Assembly (NCBI GenBank): GCA_963717315.1 | Contig: CAVQWA010000056.1 | Span: 5,960-69,959 of the forward strand | DNA: 64,000 bases | Direction: 5' to 3' | Source: an uncultured Gemmatimonadales bacterium | Lineage (GTDB): Bacteria; Gemmatimonadota; Gemmatimonadetes; Gemmatimonadales; GWC2-71-9 | Position numbers and translations under genes: made by a program | Shown: positions 36,958 through 45,489 of the stretch, piece by piece | Layout of the letters: each line of letters opens with the position of its first letter | Numbering within the stretch: the first letter of the stretch is position 1 | The notes under the pieces: generated by a model | What the model was told of the DNA's origin: nothing | The model's database searches: none | The model's input: only the letters and a program-made list of their open reading frames with translations

Positions 36958-38130
36958 ATGACCCACGTTGAGCCCAGCGACATCGATCACGCCCTCGCCA
37001 CCCGGGCGGTGCACGCCGGCCAGGCGCCGGACCCCCTCTCCGGGGCGGTGATGACGCCGATCTACCAGACGAGCACCTACGTCCAGGAAGGGCTTGGCAG
37101 GAACAAGGGCTACGAGTACGGCCGCACCCGGAACCCCACCCGCGACGCGCTCGAGCGGAACATCGCGAGCCTCGAGGGGGGAGCGAACGGGTTCGCCTTC
37201 GCCTCCGGCCTCGCGGCCACCGACGCGGTGATGAAGCTGCTCAAGGCCGGCGACCACGTCGTCTGCGGGGAGAACGTGTACGGCGGCACCCACCGGCTGA
37301 TCGAGCGGATCTACGGCCCCCTCGGCATCCAGGTGACCTTCGCCGACCTGCGCGACGTGGCCAATGCCGAGCGCGCCATCACGCCCGCCACCCGGATGCT
37401 GTACGCCGAAACCCCCACCAACCCGATGATGGCGCTCTGCGACCTCTCGGCGGTGGGCGACCTGGCGCAGGCCCGCGGGCTCCTCTTCGTGGTGGACAAC
37501 ACCTTCGCGACTCCGGTCTTCCAGCGCCCCCTCTCGCTCGGCGCCGACGTGGTGCTTCACTCCACCACCAAGTACCTGAACGGCCATAGCGACATGGTGG
37601 GCGGGATGCTGGTGACGAGCCGCGACGACCTCGCCGAGCGGTTCGCGTTCATCCAGAACGCCTCGGGGGCGGTGCCGGGGCCGTTCGACTGCTGGCTGGC
37701 GCTCCGCGGCACCAAGACCCTCCCGCTCCGGATGAAGCAGCACGATGCCAACGGCCGCGCGGTCGCGGCGTGGCTCAAGGGGCGGAAGGAGGTCGTGAAG
37801 CTCTACTATCCCGGCCTCCCGGATCATCCGCAGCACGAGCTGGCGGCACGGCAGATGAGCGGCTTCGGCGGGATGATCTCGCTCGACCTGGGCGACGCCG
37901 AGCGGGCCCGCCGGTTCGTCGGCGCCACGAAGCTCTTCGCCCTTGCCGAGTCGCTCGGCGGGGTGGAGAGCCTGATCGGGCATCCGGCCTCGATGACCCA
38001 CGCCTCGGTGCCGAAGCCGATGCGGGAGGCGATGGGCCTCACCGACAGCCTGGTGCGGCTCTCGTGCGGGATCGAGGAGGTGGGGGACCTGGTTGCGGAC
38101 CTGGAGCAGGCGTTCGGGGCGAGTCGGTGA
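36958..38130 (+). CDS. cystathionine gamma-synthase/beta-lyase family PLP enzyme
   Basis: ATG 36958 (MTHVEPSD). TRAVHAG...IYQTSTY...HSTTKYLNGHSD (PLP lysine)...RLSCGIE. Confidence 0.92.
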   Translation: MTHVEPSDIDHALATRAVHAGQAPDPLSGAVMTPIYQTSTYVQEGLGRNKGYEYGRTRNPTRDALERNIASLEGGANGFAFASGLAATDAVMKLLKAGDHVVCGENVYGGTHRLIERIYGPLGIQVTFADLRDVANAERAITPATRMLYAETPTNPMMALCDLSAVGDLAQARGLLFVVDNTFATPVFQRPLSLGADVVLHSTTKYLNGHSDMVGGMLVTSRDDLAERFAFIQNASGAVPGPFDCWLALRGTKTLPLRMKQHDANGRAVAAWLKGRKEVVKLYYPGLPDHPQHELAARQMSGFGGMISLDLGDAERARRFVGATKLFALAESLGGVESLIGHPASMTHASVPKPMREAMGLTDSLVRLSCGIEEVGDLVADLEQAFGASR

Positions 38131-38205
38131 GTCGAACGGTCGGACAGGAACCGCCCGACCGCCGACTGTCCGACTGTCGGACTGTTCGACCGCCGTACTG
38201 TCGCA
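38122..38205. repeat. nested inverted octamer (GTCGGAC/GTCCGAC) repeats
   Basis: gtcgaacggtcggacagg...ccgactgtccgac-t-gtcggactgttcgac. Central perfect palindrome gtccgac-t-gtcggac. Starts within the stop region of the upstream gene. Confidence 0.88.
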
Positions 38206-38266
38206 ACTTGAAACACCCCGGGCGGCTCTACCGTAAGGGGGCCAGCCCTCACCCGGAGTCCCGGCC

Positions 38267-39286
38267 ATGACCACCATCCCCGCCCCCCGGCCCCGCGTCG
38301 CCTTCCCCGGCATCTCGGGCGTCTCGTGGGAGCATCCCGCCGACCGCGCGGCACTGCAGGCGCTGCGCTCCATGCCCGGCTTCGACGAGGCGGTCCGGAA
38401 GATCATCTCCTTCATCGGCGGGGAGCGGGGCGTCCGGCTCCTCTTCCAGGGGAACGCGGTGCGCGCAGGCGCCGACCAGTTCCCCCGGCTCCACGCCCTC
38501 CACGTCGAGAACGTCGCCACCTTCGACTGGCCCGAGATTCCCGAGCTCTACGTCTCCCAGACGCCGGTCTTCAACGCCGGCGCCTACGGGGTGGACCATC
38601 CCTTCATCGTGATCCACTCCGCCGCGCTCGAGCTCCTCACCGAGGACGAGCTCCGGGTGCTGCTGGCCCACGAGATGGGCCACGTGGTGAGCGGCCACGC
38701 CCTCTACCGCACCATCGCCGCGATCCTGCTGGCGGTGAGCTTCTCCGCGCTCCCGATCCTCGCCGGCATCGCGCTCCTCCCGATCCGGCTCGCGATCCTC
38801 GAGTGGAGCCGGAAGGCGGAGCTCTCGGCCGACCGCGCGGGGCTCCTCGGCAGCCAGGACGTGCGCGCCACCCAGTCGCTCTTCCTCAAGATGGCCGGCG
38901 GGGTGCACGAGGGTCAGCTCTCCGGCGAGCCGATGAACCTCGACCGGTTCATCGCCCAGGCGCACGAGTACGCCGCGAGCAGCGAGGGGCTCGACCTGCT
39001 CTACAAGATCCTCAACACCCTCGCGCTCTCCCACCCGATGCACACCATCCGCGCCGCGGAGCTGCAGCGCTGGGTGGCGAGCGGCGAGTACGAGCGGATC
39101 CTGCGGGGCGAGTACGTCCGCCGCGGGCACGAGCAGCAGGAGCGGCCGGTCGGGCCCGACCTGAAGGAGGCCGGCGCCTACTACGCGCAGGAGGCGCGGG
39201 AGGTGGCCGGGAAGGTGGCCGACGCCGCGAAGAGGGCGGCGGAGATGGCCCAGGAGGCCTTCCGGAAGGCGCAGCAGAAGGCGTGA
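38267..39286 (+). CDS. M48-family zinc metallopeptidase
   Basis: HEMGH motif (LLAHEMGHVVSGH). Downstream E (ELSADRAG). Hydrophobic segment between them. Confidence 0.88.
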   Translation: MTTIPAPRPRVAFPGISGVSWEHPADRAALQALRSMPGFDEAVRKIISFIGGERGVRLLFQGNAVRAGADQFPRLHALHVENVATFDWPEIPELYVSQTPVFNAGAYGVDHPFIVIHSAALELLTEDELRVLLAHEMGHVVSGHALYRTIAAILLAVSFSALPILAGIALLPIRLAILEWSRKAELSADRAGLLGSQDVRATQSLFLKMAGGVHEGQLSGEPMNLDRFIAQAHEYAASSEGLDLLYKILNTLALSHPMHTIRAAELQRWVASGEYERILRGEYVRRGHEQQERPVGPDLKEAGAYYAQEAREVAGKVADAAKRAAEMAQEAFRKAQQKA

Positions 39287-41490
39287 GGATCCTGGTCGTC
39301 GGCGGCGGCGGCCGCGAGCACGCGCTCTGCTGGGCGGCGCGCCGCGAGCATCCCGAGGCCGAGCTCTGGTGCGCGCCGGGGAACCCCGGCACCGCCGCCG
39401 TCGCGACCAACCTCCCCGTCGCGGCCGACGATCTCGGCGGGATCGTCGCGGCCGCGCGGGAGCACACCACCCACCTCGTCATCGTCGGCCCCGAGGCGCC
39501 GCTGGCACTGGGCCTCGCCGACCGGCTCCGCGCCGAGCGTTGCCCCGTGTTCGGGCCCTCCGCCGCCGCCGCGCGGCTCGAGGCCTCCAAGGCGTTCGCC
39601 AAGGAGGTGATGGCGCACGCCGGGGTGCCCACCGCCGCGAGCCGCACCTTCACCGACGGCACGGCGGCGCTGGCGTACGTGGCGGCGCACGCGGAGCCGC
39701 TCGTGGTGAAGGCGTCGGGCCTCGCCGCCGGGAAGGGCGCGATCGTCTGCGCCACGCGGGCCGAGGCCGAGGCTGCGGTGCGTGCGATGCTGGTGGAGGG
39801 AAAGTTCGGCGAGGCGGGGCGCACCGTGGTGGTGGAGGAGTTCCTCCGGGGCGAGGAGCTCTCGGTGCTCGCCATCACCGACGGGGAGGAGGTGGTGCTC
39901 CTCCCGCCGTCGCAGGACCACAAGCGGCTGGGCGAGGGCGACACCGGCCCGAACACCGGCGGGATGGGCGCCTACAGCCCCGTGGCCATCGCCACCCCCG
40001 CGCTCCTCGGCCGCGCCATCTCCACGGTGATCAAGCCCACGCTCGCGGCACTCCGCGACCTCGGCGCCCCGTTCAGCGGGCTCCTCTACGCCGGGCTGAT
40101 GGTGGAGGAGGACGGCACGATCAACGTGGTGGAGTTCAACTGCCGCTTCGGCGACCCCGAGGCGCAGGTGGTGCTGCCGCTGGTGCGGGAGGGGTTCACG
40201 GACTGCCTCCTCGCGGTGGCGGAGGGGAGGTCACCCACCCCGTTGAGGCTGAGCCGGGACGCCGCGGTCACCACCGTGCTCGCCGCGCGGGGCTATCCCG
40301 ACGCACCGGAAAAGGGTGCCGCCATCACCATCCCCACGGACCTCCCCGCCGGCGTGACCGTCTTCCACGCCGGCACCAATCGTGACGCCGACGGCACCCT
40401 CCGGGTGAATGGCGGCCGGGTCCTCAACGTCACCGCCGTGGCGCCGACGTTCGAGGCGGCGCAGTTCCTCAGCCGCGACGCCGCCGACCGCATCGCGTTC
40501 GAGGGGAAGACCTGGCGGCGGGACGTGGGGTGGCGGGAGGCCGAGCGGCGGACGGGCGGGAAGGCGGCGGGAGCGGCGGGTTGCGCCCTCCTGCAACTCG
40601 CCGTCCCGCCCTCCCGCCGCCTATTCTTCCCCCGTGCCCGAGCTCCCCGAAGTCGAGACCATCGTCCGCGACATCCGGCCCCGCCTGGTGGGCCGGACCA
40701 TCACGCGGGCTTCCCTCTCCCACGACGACGTCCTCCGCGGGGTCACGAAGCGGAGGCTCCTCGCCGCCCTCGCGGGCGCGCGGATCGTGGCGGTCGAGCG
40801 CCGGGCCAAGCACGCCGTCCTCACCCTGCTCCCCTCTCCCCTCTCCCCTCTCCCCTCTCCCCGACTCGTCATCCAGCCCGGCATGTCCGGCTCCCTCATC
40901 GTCCACGACGCGCCCCTCCGGCGGGCCCAGGCCGCGTACGCCGTCCTCCGCGCCCCGCTCGACGACGGCGCCGAGCTGGTCTACCGCGACGTGCGCCGGC
41001 TCGGCACCCTGCTCCTCCTCGACACCGGGGGCTGGGCCGCGTACGACGCCGCCATCGGGCCGGAGCCGCTGGCCCCCGACTGGACGCCGGAGGCTCTCCT
41101 TCGCACCTTGAAAGGAAGTCGGCAGGCGGTGAAGAAGGTGCTGATGGACCAGCGGAAGGTCGCGGGAGTGGGGAACATCTACGCCAACGAGGCGCTCTGG
41201 GCCGCACGGGTGGACCCGTCCCGCCCCGCCTGCCGGGTCACCCCCGCGGAGGCGGAGGCGCTGCACGGCCACGTGCGCCGGATCCTCGCCGCCGCCATCC
41301 ACTCCAAGGGCACCACGCTCCGCGACTATCGCACCGGCACCGGCGGGCGGGGCAGCTTCCAGCTCGAGCTCTTCGTCTACGGGCGGGAGGGAGAGCCCTG
41401 CCGCGCCTGCGGCACGCGGCTCGCCGGCACCCACGCCATCGACGCGCGCATCACCGTCTTCTGCCACCGCTGCCAGGCCTGAACGAGTGA
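39283..41490 (+). CDS. purD: phosphoribosylamine--glycine ligase PurD; homology ends near 40560 but the frame has no stop until 41490
   Basis: GTG overlaps the M48 stop (GTGA). MRILVVGGGGREHALCW...full ATP-grasp...FEGKTWRRDVGWREAER matches the usual PurD C-terminus. The frame then runs through a hairpin repeat and across mutM out of frame. Confidence 0.85.
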   Translation: MRILVVGGGGREHALCWAARREHPEAELWCAPGNPGTAAVATNLPVAADDLGGIVAAAREHTTHLVIVGPEAPLALGLADRLRAERCPVFGPSAAAARLEASKAFAKEVMAHAGVPTAASRTFTDGTAALAYVAAHAEPLVVKASGLAAGKGAIVCATRAEAEAAVRAMLVEGKFGEAGRTVVVEEFLRGEELSVLAITDGEEVVLLPPSQDHKRLGEGDTGPNTGGMGAYSPVAIATPALLGRAISTVIKPTLAALRDLGAPFSGLLYAGLMVEEDGTINVVEFNCRFGDPEAQVVLPLVREGFTDCLLAVAEGRSPTPLRLSRDAAVTTVLAARGYPDAPEKGAAITIPTDLPAGVTVFHAGTNRDADGTLRVNGGRVLNVTAVAPTFEAAQFLSRDAADRIAFEGKTWRRDVGWREAERRTGGKAAGAAGCALLQLAVPPSRRLFFPRARAPRSRDHRPRHPAPPGGPDHHAGFPLPRRRPPRGHEAEAPRRPRGRADRGGRAPGQARRPHPAPLSPLPSPLSPTRHPARHVRLPHRPRRAPPAGPGRVRRPPRPARRRRRAGLPRRAPARHPAPPRHRGLGRVRRRHRAGAAGPRLDAGGSPSHLERKSAGGEEGADGPAEGRGSGEHLRQRGALGRTGGPVPPRLPGHPRGGGGAARPRAPDPRRRHPLQGHHAPRLSHRHRRAGQLPARALRLRAGGRALPRLRHAARRHPRHRRAHHRLLPPLPGLNE
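40563..40621. repeat. GC-rich inverted repeat at the expected purD end
   Basis: ggcggcgggag (40563..40573) is the exact reverse complement of ctcccgccgcc (40611..40621). Flanked by GGGA/GGCG-type short repeats. Confidence 0.75.
40634..41482 (+). CDS. mutM: formamidopyrimidine-DNA glycosylase
   Basis: GTG 40634 gives (M)PELPEVETIVRDI. RRAKH...GMSGSL. H2TH KVLMDQRKVAGVGNIYANEALW. C-terminal zinc finger CRACGTRL...FCHRCQ. Confidence 0.88.
   Translation: MPELPEVETIVRDIRPRLVGRTITRASLSHDDVLRGVTKRRLLAALAGARIVAVERRAKHAVLTLLPSPLSPLPSPRLVIQPGMSGSLIVHDAPLRRAQAAYAVLRAPLDDGAELVYRDVRRLGTLLLLDTGGWAAYDAAIGPEPLAPDWTPEALLRTLKGSRQAVKKVLMDQRKVAGVGNIYANEALWAARVDPSRPACRVTPAEAEALHGHVRRILAAAIHSKGTTLRDYRTGTGGRGSFQLELFVYGREGEPCRACGTRLAGTHAIDARITVFCHRCQA
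40831..40862. repeat. (CCCCTCT)x4 heptamer array embedded in frame inside mutM
   Basis: cccctctcccctctcccctctcccctctcccc. Encodes LPSPLSPLPSP between RRAKHAVLTL and RLVIQPGMSGSL. Confidence 0.9.
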
Positions 41491-42566
41491 CCGCGGTCCT
41501 CCCCTTCGCCGCCGCCGACCACGAGGTGCTGCTCGAGCGGGTGAAGCGGCTGGCGGAGAACCGGCCGGGGACCTATCGCATGACCGACGAGGCGGGCCGG
41601 CTGCTCTACGTCGGCAAGGCCAAGCGGCTCCGCACCCGGCTCCTCACCTATTTCCGCGCCGCTCCCGAGGACAAGGCCGCCCGGATCCTCCAGGCGGCGC
41701 GGAACGTCGCCTGGGAATACGCGCCGAGCGAGTTCGCCGCGGGGCTCGCCGAGCTGCGGCTCATCCGCCGCCACCGGCCGCCGTACAACGTGCAGTACAA
41801 CCGGAACCGGCGGCTCGCCTTCGTCCGGGTCACCGCGGAGGCCGCCCCGCGGGTCCTCGTGGCGGCGGCGCCGGGCGAGAGCGGCCGGAGCTACGGGCCG
41901 TTCGCCGCGCCCTCGCGCGTGACCGAGGCGGTGCGGGTGCTCGGCGACCTGCTCGGCCTCCGGGACTGCGGCGCGAAGATGCCGGTGGTCTTCGCCGCGC
42001 AGGAGGACCTCTTCACGGCGCCGGCGCTGGCCGCCTGTCCCCGGCACGCCTTCGGCACCTGCGCCGGGCCGTGCGCCGGGCTGGTGGCGCAGGCCGCATA
42101 CGCGGCGCGGGTCGAGGCGGCCGCCGCCTTCCTCGAGGGCCGCGCCGTCCGGCCGATCGACCGCGCGGTGGCCGAGATGGCCCGCGCCGCCGGCCAGGAG
42201 GAATTCGAACTCGCGCTGAGGTGGCGCGAGCGCTACGAGGCGCTCGAGTGGCTGCTCGCCACGGTGGCCCGCGCGCGCGCCGCGCGGGACCTCCTCACGT
42301 TCGTCTACCGCGACACCGGGGCCCACGGCGACGACCGGGCCTACCTCGTCCGCGGCGGCGAGGTGCGCGCCGCCTTCCCCTGGCCCGGCACCCCGATCGA
42401 GGCGGAGGCGTTCCGCGCCGTCGTCCGGGAGGAGCTCGCCCGGCCGATGGACCCGACCGGCCCGCTCCCCCTCGACCGGGCGGACGAGATCCTGCTGGTG
42501 ATGAGCTGGTTCCGCCGGCACCCGGAGGCCCTTCGCCGGACAACGCCGCTCGCGGAATGGACCTAG
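41487..42566 (+). CDS. UvrC-like GIY-YIG nuclease domain protein (Cho-like)
   Basis: GIY-YIG module GTYRMTDEAGRLLYVGKAKRLRTRLLTYF...EFAAGLAELRLIRRHRPPYN. Shorter than full UvrC. Confidence 0.8.
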   Translation: MTAVLPFAAADHEVLLERVKRLAENRPGTYRMTDEAGRLLYVGKAKRLRTRLLTYFRAAPEDKAARILQAARNVAWEYAPSEFAAGLAELRLIRRHRPPYNVQYNRNRRLAFVRVTAEAAPRVLVAAAPGESGRSYGPFAAPSRVTEAVRVLGDLLGLRDCGAKMPVVFAAQEDLFTAPALAACPRHAFGTCAGPCAGLVAQAAYAARVEAAAAFLEGRAVRPIDRAVAEMARAAGQEEFELALRWRERYEALEWLLATVARARAARDLLTFVYRDTGAHGDDRAYLVRGGEVRAAFPWPGTPIEAEAFRAVVREELARPMDPTGPLPLDRADEILLVMSWFRRHPEALRRTTPLAEWT

Positions 42567-42586
42567 AGAGGGGAGAGGGGAGAGGG
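42567..42586. repeat. (GGGGAGA)x~2.7 directly after the stop at 42566
   Basis: agaggggagaggggagaggg. Confidence 0.85.
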
Positions 42587-42604
42587 CCCCCCCACCACAC
42601 CCCC

Positions 42605-42775
42605 CCGACTCTCCGACTGTCCGACCGTCCGACCGTCCGACCGTCCGACTGTCCGACCGTCCGACCGTCCGACCGTCCGACCGTCCGACTGTCCGACCGT
42701 CCGACCGTCCGACCGTCCGACCGTCCGACCGTCCGACTGTCCGACCGTCCGACCGTCCGACTGTCCGACTCCGAC
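42605..42775. repeat. 21-unit phased octamer array (CCGACYGT) plus one truncated unit
   Basis: CCGAC recurs every 8 bp from 42605 to 42765 (21 units). The spacer alternates CGT/TGT. A final out-of-phase CCGAC lies at 42771. Confidence 0.95.
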
Positions 42776-42859
42776 CCTGAAACTTCCCCCGTCACCCGGC
42801 CGTGAGCCCCCCGTCGCCTCCTTCGAGGTGCCGATGCGCCGCTCGCCCTGCTGGCCGCC

Positions 42860-43306
42860 GTGGCGGCCGCCATTCACGCCGCCCCCGCCGCCGCGCAGTC
42901 CGCGCCGGCCGCGCGGGACGACCCGCTCAACGTCGGCCGGAAGGGCGTGCAGTGGGTCCACGATCAACCGCTCGACAGCCTGTGGAATCGCATCGACGAG
43001 CGGATGCAGGGCGCGCTGGGGTCGAAGGACGGGCTGCAGCAGCAGATCGACCGGATCGGCATCACCTTCGGGGCCGAGGTCGAGGTGGTCGAGGAAACGG
43101 TGGGCGCGAAGGACGGGAACCTGGTCCAGGCCCGCGAGGTCAAGTTCGAGGACGGACGGCTGAGCCGCCTCACTCCTCCCCCGCCGGCAGCAGCGGCATC
43201 AGCCGCCCGCGGGGGGGGATGCCCGGCTCGAGCTCGAGAATGCCGACGGAGGGCGGGAGCCCATCCTTCGTCTTCCTGCCCGCCGCCCCGGGGTTCATCA
43301 CGGTGA
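42860..43306 (+). CDS. hypothetical small (possibly secreted) protein
   Basis: Coding-like codon usage through ...DDPLNVGRKGVQWVHDQPLDSLWNRIDERMQGALGSKDGLQQQIDRIGITFGAEVEVVEE... An upstream in-frame RRLLRGADAPLALLAAVAAAIHAAPAAAQ looks like a signal peptide but has no canonical start. The 3' third overlaps the convergent gene and is probably not real. Confidence 0.4.
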   Translation: MAAAIHAAPAAAQSAPAARDDPLNVGRKGVQWVHDQPLDSLWNRIDERMQGALGSKDGLQQQIDRIGITFGAEVEVVEETVGAKDGNLVQAREVKFEDGRLSRLTPPPPAAAASAARGGGCPARARECRRRAGAHPSSSCPPPRGSSR

Positions 43307-43664
43307 CCGTCAGGTCCACCGTGGTGAGCACGGGGCGGTGCGTGTGCCCGTAGAGCAGGATCTCCGCGTCGGGAAACTCCGCGTGCAGGACCTCGGCGGA
43401 TGGCACCCCGAACTGGTCGCCGTGGGTGACCACGATCCGGAAGCCGTCGAGCTCGAGCTCCGCCACCTTCGGGCAGCGCTGCCGGATGTCGAATCCGTCG
43501 GTGTTGCCGTACACCGCCGTCACCGGCGCGATCGCCTCCAGCTCCGTCAGCAGCTCGAGCGGCCCGATGTCGCCTGCGTGGAGGATGTGATCCACCTCGG
43601 CGAACGCCTCGAAGACCTCGGGGCGGAGGAGGGAGTGGGTGTCGGAGATGACGCCGAGTCTCAC
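43170..43664 (-). CDS. YfcE/MJ0936-family metallophosphoesterase
   Basis: GTG 43664 overlaps the ubiX stop. ISDTHS...HAGDIG...GNTD...THGD...GHTH metal-ligand motifs. Confidence 0.88.
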   Translation of the reverse strand: MRLGVISDTHSLLRPEVFEAFAEVDHILHAGDIGPLELLTELEAIAPVTAVYGNTDGFDIRQRCPKVAELELDGFRIVVTHGDQFGVPSAEVLHAEFPDAEILLYGHTHRPVLTTVDLTVTVMNPGAAGRKTKDGLPPSVGILELEPGIPPRGRLMPLLPAGEE

Positions 43665-44242
43665 CCCTCCCACCGCTTCCCCACCCCGGCCTCGATCCCG
43701 AACTGGTCGAGGATGCGCTGCACCACGAAGTCCACCAGCTCGCCGACCTGTTCCGGGCGATGGTAGAAGCCGGGGGCGGCGGGCAGGATCGTGGCGCCCG
43801 CCTCCGCCGCCGCCACGAGGTTCCGGAGGTGCACCAGCGAGAGCGGCGTCTCCCGCGGCACCAGCACCAGCCTGCGGCCCTCCTTGAGCGTCACGTCGGC
43901 GGCGCGCTCCACCAGCGAGCGGCTGGTGGCGTGGGCCACCGCCGCCACGGTGCCCATCGAGCAGGGACAGATCACCATCCCGCGGGTGCGCTGCGAGCCC
44001 GAGGCGGGGAGCGCACCGCGGTCTCCGTCGGGGAAGAGCGTGACGCTCGACCAGTCGCCGGTGGCGGCCTCGAGCGCTTCGAGCGACTCGATGCCGCACT
44101 CGTCGCGGAGCAGCCGCTGCCCGTGGCCCGAGACGATGAGCCAGGTCGGCACCTCGTGCCGCACGAGGACCTCGAGGAGCCGCACGGCGTATGGCGCGCC
44201 GGAGGCGCCGGTGACGGCGAGGACGAGCGGGAACCGGCTCAC
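43661..44242 (-). CDS. ubiX: flavin prenyltransferase UbiX family
   Basis: LAVTGASGAPYAVRLLE...MVICPCSMGTVAAVA...RRLVLVPRETPL...PGFYHRP. Confidence 0.92.
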   Translation of the reverse strand: MSRFPLVLAVTGASGAPYAVRLLEVLVRHEVPTWLIVSGHGQRLLRDECGIESLEALEAATGDWSSVTLFPDGDRGALPASGSQRTRGMVICPCSMGTVAAVAHATSRSLVERAADVTLKEGRRLVLVPRETPLSLVHLRNLVAAAEAGATILPAAPGFYHRPEQVGELVDFVVQRILDQFGIEAGVGKRWEG

Positions 44243-44305
44243 CGGCCCCTCTTGTTGGGTGTCGGGGAATGCACGGGGTGCCTCGGCGGAACGGGCGGGG
44301 GCACA

Positions 44306-44366
44306 GTCGGTGCCCGGTGCCCGGTGCCCGGTGCCCAGGGGGTGCCCCGTTTCCGGTGCCCCGTGG
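44306..44366. repeat. (GGTGCCC)x4 heptamer array with degenerate continuation
   Basis: gtcggtgcccggtgcccggtgcccggtgccc then agggggtgccccgtttccggtgcccc. Lies in the 229-bp ubiA-ubiX spacer. Confidence 0.85.
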
Positions 44367-44471
44367 GCTCGGGCGGCTGCGCACCCCGCTTCGAACCCTT
44401 CCCCCCTCGCACACTTGGCACTGGGCTCTTGGCACCCCCTTGCCCCTCGTCACCTGCCACCTGGCACTCTG

Positions 44472-45374
44472 TCATATCAGCCTATCCACCAGCGCAAAGA
44501 CGAACACCGTGCCCGAGAGAATCGCGTTCATGTTGAAGAACGCCGCGCCGAGCTTGGAGAGGTCGTCGGGCCGGACGAGCCGGTGCTCGTACGCCAGCAC
44601 CCCGGCAGCCACGACCACGCCGACGTGGTACACCGCCCCGAATCCCACCCTCCAGCCGAAGAGCGCCAGCGCCGGGATCGTGACGCCGTGAAGCAGCTTC
44701 GCCACCAGCATCGCGCGCGGAACGCCGAGCCGGACCACCGCGCTCCGGAGTCCCTGCGACCGGTCGAACTGCTCGTCCGGCAGGGCGTAGAAGATGTCGA
44801 ATCCCGCCACCCACGTCGCCACCGCGACGGTGATCGAGGCGAGCACCCACCACGGGTCGCTCCACCGGCCGGTCACCGCCAGCCAGCCCCCCACCGGCGC
44901 GATGGCGAGGCTCATCCCGAGCCAGAGGTGGGGCCAGTGCGTGAAGCGCTTGGCCAGCGCATAGAGCGCCACCCAGCCGAGCGCCAGGGGGGCGAGGAGC
45001 CGCGTGATCGGGTTGATCGCCGCGGCGGCGGCCAGGAAGACCGCCGCGGCCACCACCACCGAGGCCCAGGCCTGGGACAGGGTGAGGTGCCCCTGGGGGA
45101 GCGGCCGGCCCCGGTTCCGCGGGTTCGCCGAATCGAACCGGATGTCGGCGATCATGTTGAGGCCGAGCGCCACCCAGCGGGCAGCCGAGAAGGCCACGAC
45201 CACCAGCAGCACCAGGCGCCAGCCGACCGGTGCCTGGAGCGAGGCGGCCACGACGCCCAGCAGTGCGAACGGCAGGGCGAAGAGCGTGTGGGGGAACTTG
45301 ACGAAGTTCAGGTACCGCACGGCCAGGGAGCGGCCGGCGATGACCTGTCCGTCGGGAGGGGCGGTGGCGGTCAC
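44472..45374 (-). CDS. ubiA: UbiA-family aromatic polyprenyltransferase
   Basis: Multi-TM protein with RWVALGLNMIADIRFD and DIFYALPDEQFD Asp-rich motifs. Confidence 0.9.
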   Translation of the reverse strand: MTATAPPDGQVIAGRSLAVRYLNFVKFPHTLFALPFALLGVVAASLQAPVGWRLVLLVVVAFSAARWVALGLNMIADIRFDSANPRNRGRPLPQGHLTLSQAWASVVVAAAVFLAAAAAINPITRLLAPLALGWVALYALAKRFTHWPHLWLGMSLAIAPVGGWLAVTGRWSDPWWVLASITVAVATWVAGFDIFYALPDEQFDRSQGLRSAVVRLGVPRAMLVAKLLHGVTIPALALFGWRVGFGAVYHVGVVVAAGVLAYEHRLVRPDDLSKLGAAFFNMNAILSGTVFVFALVDRLI

Positions 45375-45489
45375 GGGGGAAAAGTAGCCCGCCGGGAGCG
45401 GGGGGAAGGCGCGGCCTTCACGCCGGTTTCATTCCTTTTCGGGACGGAACGGGTAGGTTGGGGGGACACCCAACCCGGAGCCGCCCCCG

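Noticed and set aside
34387-38520. 1377-aa ORF on the minus strand
   Set aside because: Only the last 460 codons (34387..35769) are the GlmM-type mutase. The upstream part is antisense to the well-supported HD-GYP regulator frame, the cystathionine synthase and the M48 genes, and has junk-like composition.
42605-42775. CRISPR array
   Set aside because: The units are 8 bp and contiguous with no spacers. No cas genes are present in the window.
42071-42805. Apparent repeat protein (RPTVRPSD)n and the antisense (GRSDGRTV)n ORFs
   Set aside because: These are simply translations of the 8-bp tandem array. The upstream parts are out-of-frame readings of the uvrC-like gene.
44421-44440. Sigma-54-like TGGCAC...TTGC motif (cttggcacccccttgcc)
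   Set aside because: The GG-to-GC spacing is one base short of the consensus. The motif is on the plus strand, pointing into the 3' end of the minus-strand ubiA gene. It is part of a degenerate TTGGCAC repeat.
45458-45478. Small hairpin ggttggg-gggaca-cccaacc before the 45490 gene as a regulatory element
   Set aside because: It is only a 7-bp stem with no conserved context. It could occlude the RBS, but there is nothing to distinguish it from chance.
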